A DNA stretch of 64,000 nucleotides from the NCBI RefSeq assembly GCF_964355755.1, contig NC_092675.1, positions 4,583,812 through 4,647,811 on the forward strand. Reading direction: 5' to 3'. The position numbers and the translations under genes are program-made. Shown here piece by piece: positions 62,931 to 64,000 of the stretch (its first letter is position 1; each line of letters starts with the position of its first letter). The DNA comes from Antedon mediterranea (taxonomy: Eukaryota > Animalia > Echinodermata). The notes beneath the pieces are model-generated. The model saw only the letters and a list, made by a program, of their open reading frames with translations. It was not told the DNA's origin and searched no databases.

Positions 62931-64000
62931 GTAAGTAATTTTTTGAAATGATAAATTTTCATTTTATTTATCATATGTTACATCCAAGTAAACAAAATTA
63001 TATTATATAATAATATTATTATATATTATATACTGTAAGTGTACATTGAAATAAAGTCTACTTACAAATGTTAAAACTGCTAACAGTTTTGTGATAATCA
63101 CAATAAAAATATTAAAATACTACAAATACAGCAATAACTGGGACAGTTTATACATATGCTCTACATTCATTCATTCATTCATTCATTTGGTGAAAATCAA
63201 TTGATTATTAATAATAAACAAGAAAAGCAAATCTTAAAATAGATATAGTAGCAAGCCGTACAATAGAAAGGGTAGTTAAAAATGGCATAAATCTTCAATA
63301 AAAGTACAAATATCAAAATTTATTATAATAAATTTGTTAACTATTAATTAAAAAAAAGCTAATAAAAGACATTACATGTGGAACACACAATAACAATTAT
63401 TTCACAAAATTTTAAATTATTATTTTTTTTTAGCACAACTAGATCATTCTGATGATTTGTGTGACTCTACAATTTATTTACTGGTTGTTATTTTATAAAT
63501 GGATTCACAAGTTTTCATCATCGTTTTTATTTTAACATTAAATATTATCATCAGACCATCACATGATGGGCATAGCTTGTTGGCTTAACATTAGTTGCAT
63601 ATATTTAGGTCATCTTTTGTTCCGAGTTCTAAAACAAATGATATTTGCATATAAAGTAGATTTTATGCTAAATACATCATTATGACAACATTGATTGCAG
63701 ATTTTCCAACCGCCACTTTTATAATTAAAGACTGAATACATTTATCACCTCCTACTAATGACTACATGTTAATAGAAATTATTTTAAAGGCATAACAATT
63801 TTAATGATTTTTGTGTTGCACTAAAGATGATTTCATGGATTTACACTTGGTTAATTCTAAAAAATTGTGTGTACATTTAAAAATAAAATTCATACGGTTA
63901 ATTGATAATTTTGTTATGCAAACAAATTATATATGTAAATGAGTATGTTATGATAAAATAGATAGAGAATGGATTGATGACAATGCATCTTGCCATCCTT

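Overview
AT-rich, intron-dominated eukaryotic DNA, not prokaryotic. It is probably from an invertebrate bilaterian: Deu-domain SINEs are compatible with a deuterostome such as an echinoderm, but the species cannot be fixed from sequence alone. Almost all ORFs in the supplied track are spurious; the real genes are short GT-AG exons on the + strand. (1) Bases 1-~6000 hold the 3' end of an unidentified coiled-coil-like gene built from very small exons (16-93 nt). (2) Bases ~10000-64000 hold the 5' part of a RASGEF1-family gene, recognised by the MPQTP start at 28051 and the REM-domain exon ALEYEDGNLISGTLEAFIRHIVPTGEYYPD at 62841. The most striking feature is an apparent array of alternative ATG-bearing first exons (10626, 16304, 41742, 59713) plus a 60-nt cassette exon at 22125. 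All end in phase 0, so they can be joined in frame to the shared downstream exons, and one encodes a predicted transmembrane anchor. The introns carry many non-autonomous transposons (MULE/foldback, hAT, Kolobok, Harbinger-like MITEs), tRNA-derived SINEs, LINE 3' ends and two minisatellites. They also contain tiny TIR-TIR palindromes with 7-bp target duplications that look like P-element excision scars, and near-identical inverted TE pairs bracketing the alternative exons. All exon models are manual predictions without transcript evidence.
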